From Verrucomicrobiaceae bacterium (GTDB taxonomy: Bacteria; Verrucomicrobiota; Verrucomicrobiia; Verrucomicrobiales; Akkermansiaceae), in NCBI GenBank assembly GCA_051252135.1, contig JBPOGH010000002.1:96001-160000 (forward strand): a DNA stretch of 64,000 bases. Reading direction: 5' to 3'. Below, piece by piece: positions 37,454-46,896 of this stretch (position 1 is the first letter of the stretch; the number at the start of each line of letters is the position of its first letter). The position numbers and the translations under genes are program-made. The notes below the pieces were generated by a model that did no database searches, had not been told where the DNA came from, and saw nothing but the letters and a program-made list of their open reading frames with translations.

Positions 37454-37784
37454 GGGGGTCAGGGTGAACTGAGAGCGCTTTGGCGCTTCCCGCTTGAAAG
37501 GGTTTTGATACCGCCGGAGGTTTTGATCTGGAACCAAGCTGCGGGGCAATGGTGCCCGAGGGTGAAGCTGTCATGATTCCTTCCCATTATTCCGAGGGTG
37601 AGGTGCCTGATTTAATTTTTTTACCATTTAATATCCGACAAGCCAAACATTTTTATAAATAAGAGGGGAGGGGGGGAGTGTCGGGGGTGGGATTTTAAAA
37701 ATAAAGGGAGGGTTCCATGATCAGCCATCACAGTCACTTGACTGATTCCTTGGGAAAGATGAGAGTTTTGGCCGTTATAGTCGT

Positions 37785-40079
37785 ATGAATGCTCTCATGA
37801 ATTTTCGATCACTCGTTTGGGGGGCCGTTTTGTCGGTATCTCCGGTTGCGTCCGCACAAGTTGAAGGCTGGCTGAGCTGGCGAGGGCCGTTTCAGACAGG
37901 GGTCTCGGCAGAGACGGATTTGCCATCCACCTGGGAGCCGGGCGGGGAGAATGAGTTATGGAAGTATGATTTGAACGGCGCGGGAGCTCCGGTGATCGGG
38001 AATGGCAATTTGTATGCCTTTGGGTATGGACAGGATGGGCCGGATCCGGCGGAAGATGTGCAGGAGATTTTGGTTTGTCTGGATGCGGTGACGGGGGAGA
38101 AGAAGTGGGAGAAGCGATTTAGCGATTATAATTCCGACGTGGTGTATAACCGGTATGGGATTGGTTCGCCGGTGATTGATCCGGAAACCGGCAATGTGTA
38201 TCTACAGACCTCCAATGGACGTTGTGTGGCTTTCACGGCAGATGGTGAAGAGCTTTGGGAGATTTCGTTGATGGAGGAGTTGGCGAGGCTAACTTTTCCG
38301 AACGGGCGGACGGGATCGGCTGCGGTGGATGGTCCGGTGGTGATTTTTCACTGTGTGACGGCAAACTGGGGAACGACGGGTCCGGCGCAGGATCGTTTTT
38401 ATGCCTTTGATAAGATTACGGGCGAGCTGGTGTGGTATTCGAGCCCGGGAGTGCGTCCGGTGGACAGCTCGTTCGGGATGCCGGTCTTCGGTCAGTTGGG
38501 CAACCAGCGTGTTTTTTATGCCGGCACGGGATGCGGGAATGTGGTGTGTGTGAATGCGCGCACGGGTGAGCCGGTGTGGCGTTTCCATCTGTCGCAGGGC
38601 GGGGTGAACTCGCAGGTTCTCCTTTATGGGAAGGACAAGCTCATTGCGATTCACGGCAATGAGAATATTGATTCGACCTCGAAGGGGCGTTTGGTATGCC
38701 TCAAGATTCCAACGGAATATCCTGAGGAACAGCTGGTCCTTGGAAAAGAGGTTGAGGTGTGGCGGAACAACGAGCACGACGGTTTTAGCAGCTCCCCGAT
38801 TCTCGTGGGGAACCGGGTTTACACGACGAACTTCACGGGTGAGCTGATCTCGGTAGATGCCGATTCGGGGGAAACCCTTTGGCATGAGAAGCTTGCTCCC
38901 GACCAGATTCACGCTTCTCCTGTCTATGCTGACGGCAAGATTTACGCGCCTTGGTTTGAGGGTTCCCTTTCGATTGTGAAGCCGACGGATGAGAAGGCCG
39001 AGGTGCTATCGGTGGCTCACATTAAAGAGGCTGACGGCAGCGGAGTGGCTTGTCTCGCGTCTCCCACCATTTGGGCGGGGAAGGTTTACCTCTCCACCCG
39101 CCATGGATTGTATTGTTTTGGTAATAAGGATGGCGAGTTCAAGGGCGGTGATGCCGCAGGCGAGCAGGAGGTAGCCGGAGAGATCACCCAACTTCAGGTG
39201 GTGCCGGCCGAATTTGCGATCGCACCGGGACAGACCCAGGAATTCAAGGTCTGGGGTCTGGATGAAAAAGGTCTGCGGGTGAAAGTGATTACCGAGGGAA
39301 TGAGCTGGGAAAAGTTCATTCCGCCGACCGCGAAGGTGAAGGCCAAGGTTGACGCCGAAGTGGATCCGAAAATGGGCACAGTCACGGCAGGACCGGATGC
39401 AAAACTTTCCGCGGGCGCGCTGAAAGTGACCTACAACGGAATGGCTGCAACCACGCGCGGACGGATTGAGGCAACGGTGGGTTATCATGCCGATTTTGAG
39501 GATGTGGTGCTGAACATGGACTCTCCCGAGGGTGAGAAGGTGGCCTTCCCGCCGCTGGCATGGCTCGGAGCGCGTGTGAAATGGTATGTTTTGGAAAAAG
39601 ACGGGAGCAAGGTGATTGCGAACCGTCTCGATAATGTTCTTTTTCAGCGCACGATGAACTTCTTCGGAGGTGAGGATATGAAGAATTACACCCTTGAGGC
39701 TGATGTGATGACCGACGGGAATCGTCGGATCAAGTCGGAGGTTGGGCTGGTGAACCAGCGTTACCGGATCACCCTGGTGGGGAACAAGAACCAGCTTGAA
39801 GTTTCGAGCAACTACGAGCGCATGCAAAGCTCGGTGCCATTCCCGGTTAAAGCGAATACCTGGTATCATTTGAAAACCGCGATCAGGGACAATGGTGATG
39901 GGACCGGGGCGATTCTTGGAAAGGCCTGGACCAGGGGCGAGGAGGAGCCTGCGGATTGGACGATTGAGGCTCCGGTGAAACGATTGCATCCGCAGGGTGC
40001 TCCGGGCGTGTTTGCATTCTCGCCCCAGGCGCAGAAAAGAGTCTACATGGACAACATCAAGATCACGGCAGGAAAATAG
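37785..40079 (+). CDS. PQQ-like (BamB-type) beta-propeller protein with C-terminal lectin/DUF1080-like domain
   Basis: WLSWRGP, repeated CLDAVTGEKKW / AFDKITGELVW / SSP motifs; signal peptide. Confidence 0.85.
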   Translation: MNALMNFRSLVWGAVLSVSPVASAQVEGWLSWRGPFQTGVSAETDLPSTWEPGGENELWKYDLNGAGAPVIGNGNLYAFGYGQDGPDPAEDVQEILVCLDAVTGEKKWEKRFSDYNSDVVYNRYGIGSPVIDPETGNVYLQTSNGRCVAFTADGEELWEISLMEELARLTFPNGRTGSAAVDGPVVIFHCVTANWGTTGPAQDRFYAFDKITGELVWYSSPGVRPVDSSFGMPVFGQLGNQRVFYAGTGCGNVVCVNARTGEPVWRFHLSQGGVNSQVLLYGKDKLIAIHGNENIDSTSKGRLVCLKIPTEYPEEQLVLGKEVEVWRNNEHDGFSSSPILVGNRVYTTNFTGELISVDADSGETLWHEKLAPDQIHASPVYADGKIYAPWFEGSLSIVKPTDEKAEVLSVAHIKEADGSGVACLASPTIWAGKVYLSTRHGLYCFGNKDGEFKGGDAAGEQEVAGEITQLQVVPAEFAIAPGQTQEFKVWGLDEKGLRVKVITEGMSWEKFIPPTAKVKAKVDAEVDPKMGTVTAGPDAKLSAGALKVTYNGMAATTRGRIEATVGYHADFEDVVLNMDSPEGEKVAFPPLAWLGARVKWYVLEKDGSKVIANRLDNVLFQRTMNFFGGEDMKNYTLEADVMTDGNRRIKSEVGLVNQRYRITLVGNKNQLEVSSNYERMQSSVPFPVKANTWYHLKTAIRDNGDGTGAILGKAWTRGEEEPADWTIEAPVKRLHPQGAPGVFAFSPQAQKRVYMDNIKITAGK

Positions 40080-40115
40080 GCCACTCTCCAACAACTTTAC
40101 GAACACATTTAAGCT

Positions 40116-41699
40116 ATGAAACTTACTGATCTTCTCCCGCTATCCGCGCTTTTGGTGCTGAGCTGCGACGATGCAAAAACCGACCCTGCCGGTGCGGATC
40201 CCGCACCGGAAAAAGAAGCCGCGGCGGAGGCTCCGGCGGCAATACCCCTCACGACCGATTGGCCGATGTGGGGTGGAACACCTGATCGTAATATGACGGG
40301 GGTGGCCACTGATCTTCCCGTGGACATTGATCCAGGTGATCTTGATGATGACACCGAGGCGGCGGTTTTGACCGATGCCAAGAACATCAAGTGGGCGGTA
40401 AAGTTGGGATCGCAGGCTTACGGAAATACCGTGGTGGCCGGTGGGAAAGTATTGGTGGGGACGAACAACGAATCTCCCCGCGATGCGAAGCAGGAAGGTG
40501 ACCGCGGGGTGCTGATGTGCTTTGACGAGAAGGATGGTTCCTTTTTGTGGCAGCTGGTCATTCCCAAGCTCGGTGCCGGTAAGGTGAGCGACTGGGAGTA
40601 TGTGGGGCTTTGTTCCTCTCCGGCGGTGGAAGGTGACCGGATGTGGCTGGTGACCAATCGTGGCGAAGTGATTTGTCTCGATGTCAACGGGATGGCTGAT
40701 GGCAATGACGGACCGTTCAAGGATGAGGCGAAGTATTCCTCCTCTGACGGTGCGCCGGTAGAGATTGGAGCGCAATCGGCGGACATTATTTGGGTTTACG
40801 ACATGCGGGTGGAGCTTGGGGTTTTTCCTCATAACGTGTCCTCCTGTTCTCCGGTGGTGGTGGGCGACAAGCTCTTTACGGCGACGTCGAACGGCGTTGA
40901 TTGGTCACACACCAACATTCCCAACGAGTCCGCACCTTCATTGGTCGCCCTTGATAAGGTGACCGGGGAGCTGGTGGGTGAAGAGGCGGCAGGGGTGTCG
41001 ACCCGGGTGCTTCATGCCAGCTGGTCGTCTCCGGCCTATGGGAAGCTCGATGGGAAAGATGCCATTGTCTGGGGTGGTGGAGATGGATTCACCTACGCCT
41101 TTGACCCTGTTCCGGTGAAGGACGAGGAAGGCTTCGGAATTTTCAAGGAATTGTGGCGTCACGACTGCAATCCTGCGGAGTATCGCGAGAAGGATGGCAA
41201 GCCCGTCAAGTATGCGACCTACTCCGGTCCCAGTGAGGTGATTGGTACGACAATTGTCGTAGATGGCCTGGTTTACTCCATCATTGGTCAGGATCCCGAG
41301 CATGGAGACGGCGTGGGGATGGTGACCTGCATTGGTCCGGACGGTAAGACAGTCTGGAGCAGTAAGGAAGTGGGTCGTTCGATTTCAACGATGAGTGTGG
41401 CGGACGGACTTCTCTATGCCGCCGAATACGATGGTGACATCCATTGTTACGACGCCAAGACCGGCGAGCCGTATTGGGTTCATGAAACGCAGTCCCGGAT
41501 TTGGGGTTCCACTCTGGTGGCTGATGGGAAAGTCTGGTTGGGCACCGAAGATGGCGAAGTGCACATTCTGAAGGCCGGCAAGGAGAAGGAAGTGTTGGGA
41601 ACGATCGAGTTCCCGGCGCCGATTTATTCCAGTGCGGTGGTGGCGAACAATGTGATCTACATTGCGACGCAGACGCACCTTTACGCGATCGGGAAGTAG
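40116..41699 (+). CDS. PQQ-like beta-propeller lipoprotein
   Basis: Lipobox VLSC; WPMWGGTPDRNM, LGSQAYGN..GTNN, CYDAKTGEPYW. Confidence 0.85.
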   Translation: MKLTDLLPLSALLVLSCDDAKTDPAGADPAPEKEAAAEAPAAIPLTTDWPMWGGTPDRNMTGVATDLPVDIDPGDLDDDTEAAVLTDAKNIKWAVKLGSQAYGNTVVAGGKVLVGTNNESPRDAKQEGDRGVLMCFDEKDGSFLWQLVIPKLGAGKVSDWEYVGLCSSPAVEGDRMWLVTNRGEVICLDVNGMADGNDGPFKDEAKYSSSDGAPVEIGAQSADIIWVYDMRVELGVFPHNVSSCSPVVVGDKLFTATSNGVDWSHTNIPNESAPSLVALDKVTGELVGEEAAGVSTRVLHASWSSPAYGKLDGKDAIVWGGGDGFTYAFDPVPVKDEEGFGIFKELWRHDCNPAEYREKDGKPVKYATYSGPSEVIGTTIVVDGLVYSIIGQDPEHGDGVGMVTCIGPDGKTVWSSKEVGRSISTMSVADGLLYAAEYDGDIHCYDAKTGEPYWVHETQSRIWGSTLVADGKVWLGTEDGEVHILKAGKEKEVLGTIEFPAPIYSSAVVANNVIYIATQTHLYAIGK

Positions 41700-41722
41700 T
41701 TCGAATTCCCTTTTGATTTCTC

Positions 41723-41765
41723 AACCCCGAAGTTCTCCTGATGGAGACTCCGGGGTTTCTTCTTT
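41723..41765 (+). terminator. Rho-independent terminator
   Basis: AACCCCG..CTCC-TGAT-GGAG..CGGGGTT followed by T-rich tail. Confidence 0.65.
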
Positions 41766-41819
41766 ATATGGTTGTCCCTCAAGGGTTCAGTGGGACTGAT
41801 TGTTTGAGGTTGAGACAAT

Positions 41820-42809
41820 GTGGGGAAAGTGATATCCCGCAGGAAGATGTATTGGTTGAAGATGTTAATGGTCGTATTGAGCGTTTTTATGCCAATGGCT
41901 GTAATTGCTGATGGTGTGATTGGAGAAAAATTTGCTGAGTTGGAAACGAATCTCGGGAAGGTGTATCGCAATGTCGTGATCAAGTCCGTAGATGCCCAAG
42001 GGATTAAAATCATTCATGATGCGGGAATTGGACGGATCAAATTTAACAATCTACCCAAGGAGCTGGCGGAGCGCTTTAGGCCTGCTCCTTCCGAGGAGGT
42101 GATCGAAGAAGACGAGGCGATGAGTGAGTTGGAGGGTGCGGAATCGTTGGAGGTGCTCGGTGAGGGGTTTCGTCTCGAGAGGGCCAAGGCGATTGGGGAG
42201 GAGCTCGGTGAGCTAAAAACCGGCCCGGGGAAAATCTATAAGAGAGCGGTCATTAAGGCGGTCGATGATGTGGGAATCCGAATCACTCATGCGGGCGGGG
42301 TGGGTCGAATTTCGTTTGAGGATCTGCCAAGAGCGATGGGAGAGAGGTTTGGTTACGATCCCCGACGAGTTGAGGTGTTGAAAGCGGAGGCCAAGGCTCA
42401 GGCGGCAGCCCAGGCAGAGGCTCGCCGCAAGGTGAGGGAGGAACGTGCCAGAGTGGCTGAAAATTCCAAGGGGATGCCCAAGGAGCTTAGCAATGAGGCG
42501 AAGCGAAAGATTCAGGAACATGAAGTGAGAATTCGGAAGCTGAATGAGGGGATCGCCAACGCGACTAAAGAGATTGCAGAGTTGAGAGAGAAGGCTGCCT
42601 ATTATATGGCCAATTCGCAGAGGTCGGTGCGTGTCACGATGCCCGACGGATCAATTTACACAGAGATGCGAAGTGTGCCCTCAAAGGTTAAGAGAGCTCA
42701 GACCCATCAAAGGAATGCGACGCGTTTGGAGAAGGAGGTTGGCGAAGCGAATCAACTTATTGCGGCTTTGGGGGAAAAGATTCGCCAGTTGAGAGATACA
42801 GCGAAGTAG
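41820..42809 (+). CDS. Hypothetical exported protein with duplicated ~50-aa module and coiled-coil tail
   Basis: GKVYRNVVIKSVDAQGIKIIHDAGIGRIKFNNLP..ERF repeated as GKIYKRAVIKAVDDVGIRITHAGGVGRISFEDLP..ERF. Confidence 0.75.
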   Translation: MGKVISRRKMYWLKMLMVVLSVFMPMAVIADGVIGEKFAELETNLGKVYRNVVIKSVDAQGIKIIHDAGIGRIKFNNLPKELAERFRPAPSEEVIEEDEAMSELEGAESLEVLGEGFRLERAKAIGEELGELKTGPGKIYKRAVIKAVDDVGIRITHAGGVGRISFEDLPRAMGERFGYDPRRVEVLKAEAKAQAAAQAEARRKVREERARVAENSKGMPKELSNEAKRKIQEHEVRIRKLNEGIANATKEIAELREKAAYYMANSQRSVRVTMPDGSIYTEMRSVPSKVKRAQTHQRNATRLEKEVGEANQLIAALGEKIRQLRDTAK

Positions 42810-42812
42810 TGA

Positions 42813-43172
42813 TCAGAATGCACGTGAGTGGAGGAGGACGAGGGTGCAGGCGTTTTCGGTTTTGATGCCGGCTTGTTGGAAGGCGGTTTGGGCTTCCGGG
42901 GATTCGGTGCCAGGGTTGAAGATGATGCGTTGGGGTTTTGCCCGAATGATTTCGGGGATAAGGGGGGCGAGGCGGTCGGGTCCGAGGTAGAGGGTGAGGG
43001 TGTCGATGGGTTCGGTGATGTCTGAGATGGATTGGTAGCCGGGGATGCCGAGGATTTCGGCTCCGGTGGGGCTGATGGGGAGGACGGTGTGTTGGTGTTC
43101 GGTGAGGAGGAGCTGGGCTTTGTGGGCGTAGCGTTCGGGTTTGGGGCTGGCTCCGAGGATGGCGACGTTCAT
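42813..43172 (-). CDS. CoA-binding protein (YccU-like)
   Basis: MNVAILGASPKPERYA..IDTLTLY..RIIFNPGTES..ACTLVL; real start at ATG 43172 inside the longer track ORF. Confidence 0.88.
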   Translation of the reverse strand: MNVAILGASPKPERYAHKAQLLLTEHQHTVLPISPTGAEILGIPGYQSISDITEPIDTLTLYLGPDRLAPLIPEIIRAKPQRIIFNPGTESPEAQTAFQQAGIKTENACTLVLLHSRAF

Positions 43173-43176
43173 GATT

Positions 43177-44349
43177 TTAGTAGGTGTGGAAGGGGGCGTG
43201 GGTGAGGGGGGTGGTGCCGGGGGGGATTTGAATGATGCCATTGGCAGCGAGGGGGGCGAGGAAGTCGCCGGAGTTTTGGGGGGTGAAGACGTTGAGGGTG
43301 CCGACCGGGTTGAGGAGGGCGGGGTAGAAGAGGGTGAGCTTGGGATGGGGGGTGAGGGGTTGTGCGAGGGGGAGGGTGGGGGTGATTTTTGGGGGGAGTC
43401 CGACGAGGGCCCGGAGGGCGGGGACGAGGTAGCGTTGGAAGGTGGTGAAGGTGGAGTTGGGGTTGCCGGGGAGGGCGGCGACGCCGGGCCAGCAGGCGAG
43501 GGGTTTGCCTGGGCGTTGGGCGACGCCGTGGAAGAGGGGTGGGCCGATGAGGGATTCGAGGGCGGGGCGAACGTAGTCTTTTTTGCCCTTGGAGATGCCG
43601 CCGGAGAGGATGATGAGGTCGCTTTGTTGGCGGGCTTGGGCGATGCCGGTGGTGGTTGCTTCGAGGTCGTCGGGCAGGTGGGCGAGGGTGATTTGGGCGG
43701 GGCCCCAGGATTCGATGGCGGCTTTGAGGGTGAGGCCATTGGAGCGCCGGAGTTGATGGGGGAGAGGGGTGTCCTCGGGAGGGAGGAGTTCGTCGCCGGT
43801 GGAGAGGATGGTGATGCGGGGGAGGCGGGTGACGGAGAGGGAGGTGGCTCCGATGGAGGCGGCAAGGCCGAGTTGGAGCGGGCCGAGGAGGGTGCCGGGG
43901 GTGAGGAGGAGGTGGCCTTGGGGGGCGTCACTGCCTTGGCGGTGGATGAATTTTCCGGGTTGGATTTCGCCGTTGATTTGGGCGTGGGTGTCGGTGAGGG
44001 AGAGTTCCTCGTAGGGGACGATGGTATCGCAGTCCGGCGGGAGGACGGCACCGGTCATGATCTGCCAGCAGGCGCCGGGGGGGAGTGGAGCGGGGGCGGG
44101 GGAGCCGGCGGGGTGGAGTCCGTGGAGGGAGAGATTTTTTTCACCGGTGTTCCGGAAGGCGATGCCGTCCATGGTGACGCGATCGAAGGGCGGGAAGGGG
44201 CGGTCGGCGTGGAGGGGTTCGCGGAGGACGCGGTTGAGGGCTTCGGTGAGGGGAACGGGCTCCGAAGGGAGGGGAGAGATCGAGGAGAGGATGAGGGCTT
44301 CCGCTTCGGCCGGTGAGAGGAGGTTCACGGGGTGATGATGCACTGGCAT
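43177..44349 (-). CDS. moeA: Molybdopterin molybdotransferase
   Basis: PPFDRVTMDGIA, IMTGA, STGDEL, SGGISKG..DY, QRPGKP, LPGNP. Confidence 0.92.
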   Translation of the reverse strand: MPVHHHPVNLLSPAEAEALILSSISPLPSEPVPLTEALNRVLREPLHADRPFPPFDRVTMDGIAFRNTGEKNLSLHGLHPAGSPAPAPLPPGACWQIMTGAVLPPDCDTIVPYEELSLTDTHAQINGEIQPGKFIHRQGSDAPQGHLLLTPGTLLGPLQLGLAASIGATSLSVTRLPRITILSTGDELLPPEDTPLPHQLRRSNGLTLKAAIESWGPAQITLAHLPDDLEATTTGIAQARQQSDLIILSGGISKGKKDYVRPALESLIGPPLFHGVAQRPGKPLACWPGVAALPGNPNSTFTTFQRYLVPALRALVGLPPKITPTLPLAQPLTPHPKLTLFYPALLNPVGTLNVFTPQNSGDFLAPLAANGIIQIPPGTTPLTHAPFHTY

Positions 44350-44377
44350 TTCTGAAATGGGAAGGTAGGTTGGAGGA

Positions 44378-45694
44378 GTGAAGGTGATTTTGTCGTTTCT
44401 GATGTTGATCGTGCCTTTGGCGGCGACGGAGATTCGGGTGGCGACATTTAATACGTCGTTGGCGATGGAATCGCGGGGGAGGCTTGCGGCGTTGTTGCGG
44501 GGTTCGACGTTTTCGCAGGCGAAGCGGGTGGCGGAGGTGATTCAGACGATTGATCCGGACATCATTTTGCTGAATGAGTTTGATTATGATGCGAATGGGA
44601 CGGCGCTTGGGCGGTTTAACACGAATTATTTGAATGTGGGGCAGGGCGGGAAGGCGGGGGTGGATTATCCTTATCGGTATGTGGCGGAGTCGAACACGGG
44701 GATTCATTCGGGGTTGGATTTGGACAATGTGAACGGGATTGATGCGACGCCGGGCGATGAGGGATATGGCGGGGATGCGTGGGGGTTTGGGGAGTTTGAG
44801 GGGAAGTATGCGATGGCGGTGTTATCGAAGTATCCGATTGATGAGGAGGCGGTGCGGACGTTTCAGTTACTGAAGTGGTCGGCGATGCCGGGGGCCTTGA
44901 TTCCGGAGCCGTTTTATTCGCCGGAGGAGAAGGCGGTGCTGCGGCTTTCGTCGAAGAGCCACTGGGATGTGCCGATTGTGGTGGAGGGGCAGCGGGTGCA
45001 TTTTTTGGTGAGTCATCCGACGCCTCCGGTTTTTGATGGTGCGGAGGATCGGAACGGGAAGCGGAATCATGATGAGATTCGGCTGTGGGCGGATTATCTG
45101 ACGGAGGGGGCGGATGGTTATCTGGTGGATGATTTGGGGAAAGAGGGAGGTCTGGGTGCGGGTGAACGATTTGTGATTGCGGGGGATCAGAATGCGGATC
45201 CGACGCGGGGTGACAGTGTGGCGGCGGCGATCAATCAGCTGTTGCTGCATCCCCGGGTGGACAACTCGGTGACGCCGGAGCGGACGGGGACGGCGAGTGG
45301 GATTGCGAGGACGAATACCTCGACGTTTAATTTGCGGGTGGATTATGTGCTGCCGTCGAAAGAGGGGTTTACGAATCTGGGAGGAGCGGTGTATTGGCCG
45401 GATGGGACGGACAACACTCTGTTTGGCGGGTTGGATCACCGTCCGGTTTATATGGATTTACGGATTGAGCCGACGGTGGAGGAGGCGATTGGTGATCTTA
45501 CGATTGGGGTTGAGGCGGAGACGGTTACCTTGAGCTGGAAGGGGGTGGAGTCGCTCGAATATGGAATTTTGGCGAGTTCGGATTTGGATGTTTGGGTGCC
45601 CTTGGACGCGGTGATCTCGTTTGAGGGAGGAGTGGCGACGGCGACTTTTTCGGGTGCAGGGGACCGGCGATTTTTGCGGGTGGTTGTGGAGTAG
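44378..45694 (+). CDS. Endonuclease/exonuclease/phosphatase (EEP) family secreted protein with Verrucomicrobia-style C-terminal domain
   Basis: RVATFN, LLNEFD, RLSSKSHWDVP, SHPTPPVFD, GDQNAD, RVDYVLPS, DHRPV; tail ASSDLDVW..RRFLRV. Confidence 0.88.
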   Translation: MKVILSFLMLIVPLAATEIRVATFNTSLAMESRGRLAALLRGSTFSQAKRVAEVIQTIDPDIILLNEFDYDANGTALGRFNTNYLNVGQGGKAGVDYPYRYVAESNTGIHSGLDLDNVNGIDATPGDEGYGGDAWGFGEFEGKYAMAVLSKYPIDEEAVRTFQLLKWSAMPGALIPEPFYSPEEKAVLRLSSKSHWDVPIVVEGQRVHFLVSHPTPPVFDGAEDRNGKRNHDEIRLWADYLTEGADGYLVDDLGKEGGLGAGERFVIAGDQNADPTRGDSVAAAINQLLLHPRVDNSVTPERTGTASGIARTNTSTFNLRVDYVLPSKEGFTNLGGAVYWPDGTDNTLFGGLDHRPVYMDLRIEPTVEEAIGDLTIGVEAETVTLSWKGVESLEYGILASSDLDVWVPLDAVISFEGGVATATFSGAGDRRFLRVVVE

Positions 45695-45812
45695 GGTGTG
45701 CGGCGGGGTATGCCTTGCGCTCATGGAAGGTGACGGAAATGTCACGCGGGTTCCTTATCGTGATGGTCCGGGGCGTGCTCTATTCGCCTCTGTTAACCAC
45801 CCCCATTTGACC

Positions 45813-46169
45813 ATGACCGACCCTGCGGAGGAACTTCCTCCTGAATCTGCCTGTTGGGATCGTGAGGCCCTGACCCACCTGCAACATGATTTGCATCGCA
45901 GCAAGGCCGAGATTGCGGCGTTGCTTGAGCAAGAGAGCGAGCATCCGGCGTTTGATCCGCTCAAGGTGCGGGATATGATTCGTGAGGCGGAACGGCAGGG
46001 GAAGCATCCGAATGCGCTTATTTTGGGGATGCTGGAGTCGGCCTCCTTTCGCCATTTTGTGTGCCGTGGATTTGGAGAAGAATCCGGGAGTGAGTTGAAG
46101 ACCCATTATTTTATGGGGCTGACGATTCATGAAGATTGCTGTCTGAGTCGTCTGGAACTTGCAGCCTGA
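45813..46169 (+). CDS. Hypothetical protein
   Basis: Fills the intergenic gap on the local coding strand; plausible ATG at 45813; no recognised motif. Confidence 0.55.
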   Translation: MTDPAEELPPESACWDREALTHLQHDLHRSKAEIAALLEQESEHPAFDPLKVRDMIREAERQGKHPNALILGMLESASFRHFVCRGFGEESGSELKTHYFMGLTIHEDCCLSRLELAA

Positions 46170-46209
46170 CTTGTGAAGTCCTGTTTCTTTGGATACTCTC
46201 GGCTTCCGC

Positions 46210-46896
46210 ATGAGAGTTCCCCTTACGCTCGCCCTGGCAGGCTGTGTCGCGATTGTCGCTTGTTCGACCTCCCCCCGTTGGGTAGGACGTGATCCGGTGG
46301 CTGCTGATTTTCCGAAGTCGAGTAACCCGCTTTATGCCCAAGCGGATTTGATTGAGATCCGGGAGGTTGATTCCTCGGTGGAGATCAGTTTGCAGTATAC
46401 GGGGCCGACGAACATTTCGAAAAAGCCGCTCTACTATCCGGGGATGCCGGCCTTGTTGAGACCGGAAACGGCGGTGCGGCTGGAGAAGGCGAACGGGATT
46501 TTGAAGGGGCAGGGGTATCGGTTGATGGTGTGGGATGCGTGGCGGCCGCCGAGTGCGCAGTTTAAATTGTGGGATGCGTCGGGACACGATGATCGGTTTG
46601 TGGCGAATCCGCACAGCAAGCCCTCGCAACATTCGTGCGGGACGGCGGTGGATGTGACACTGGCGGATGCGTCGGGGAAGGCGCTAGCGATGCCGACGAT
46701 CTTTGACAGCTTTACGCCGGCGGCGTCGGCTTACTACGACAATCCCGATCCGGTGATTCAGGAGCGGAAGAAGATTCTGCAGGCGGCGATGGCGGAGGCG
46801 GGATTTCTTCTTTTGCCCAACGAGTGGTGGCATTTTATCGACCGGAATTTCCAGAACTACCCCGACACCATTTCCCTTGAGGATATTCGACCATGA
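46210..46896 (+). CDS. ddpX: D-Ala-D-Ala dipeptidase (VanX/DdpX, M15D), predicted lipoprotein
   Basis: WDAWRP, SQHSCGTAVDVTL (SxHxxGxAxD), EWWHF; lipobox IVAC. Confidence 0.85.
   Translation: MRVPLTLALAGCVAIVACSTSPRWVGRDPVAADFPKSSNPLYAQADLIEIREVDSSVEISLQYTGPTNISKKPLYYPGMPALLRPETAVRLEKANGILKGQGYRLMVWDAWRPPSAQFKLWDASGHDDRFVANPHSKPSQHSCGTAVDVTLADASGKALAMPTIFDSFTPAASAYYDNPDPVIQERKKILQAAMAEAGFLLLPNEWWHFIDRNFQNYPDTISLEDIRP

Noticed and set aside
46167..46169. TGA stop of the small Cys-containing ORF as a second recoding site
   Set aside because: No homolog evidence, no clear SECIS, and the next gene starts in a different frame.
46210..46896. Vancomycin-resistance locus
   Set aside because: VanX-family peptidase is alone, with no ligase, dehydrogenase or regulators; likely peptidoglycan turnover.
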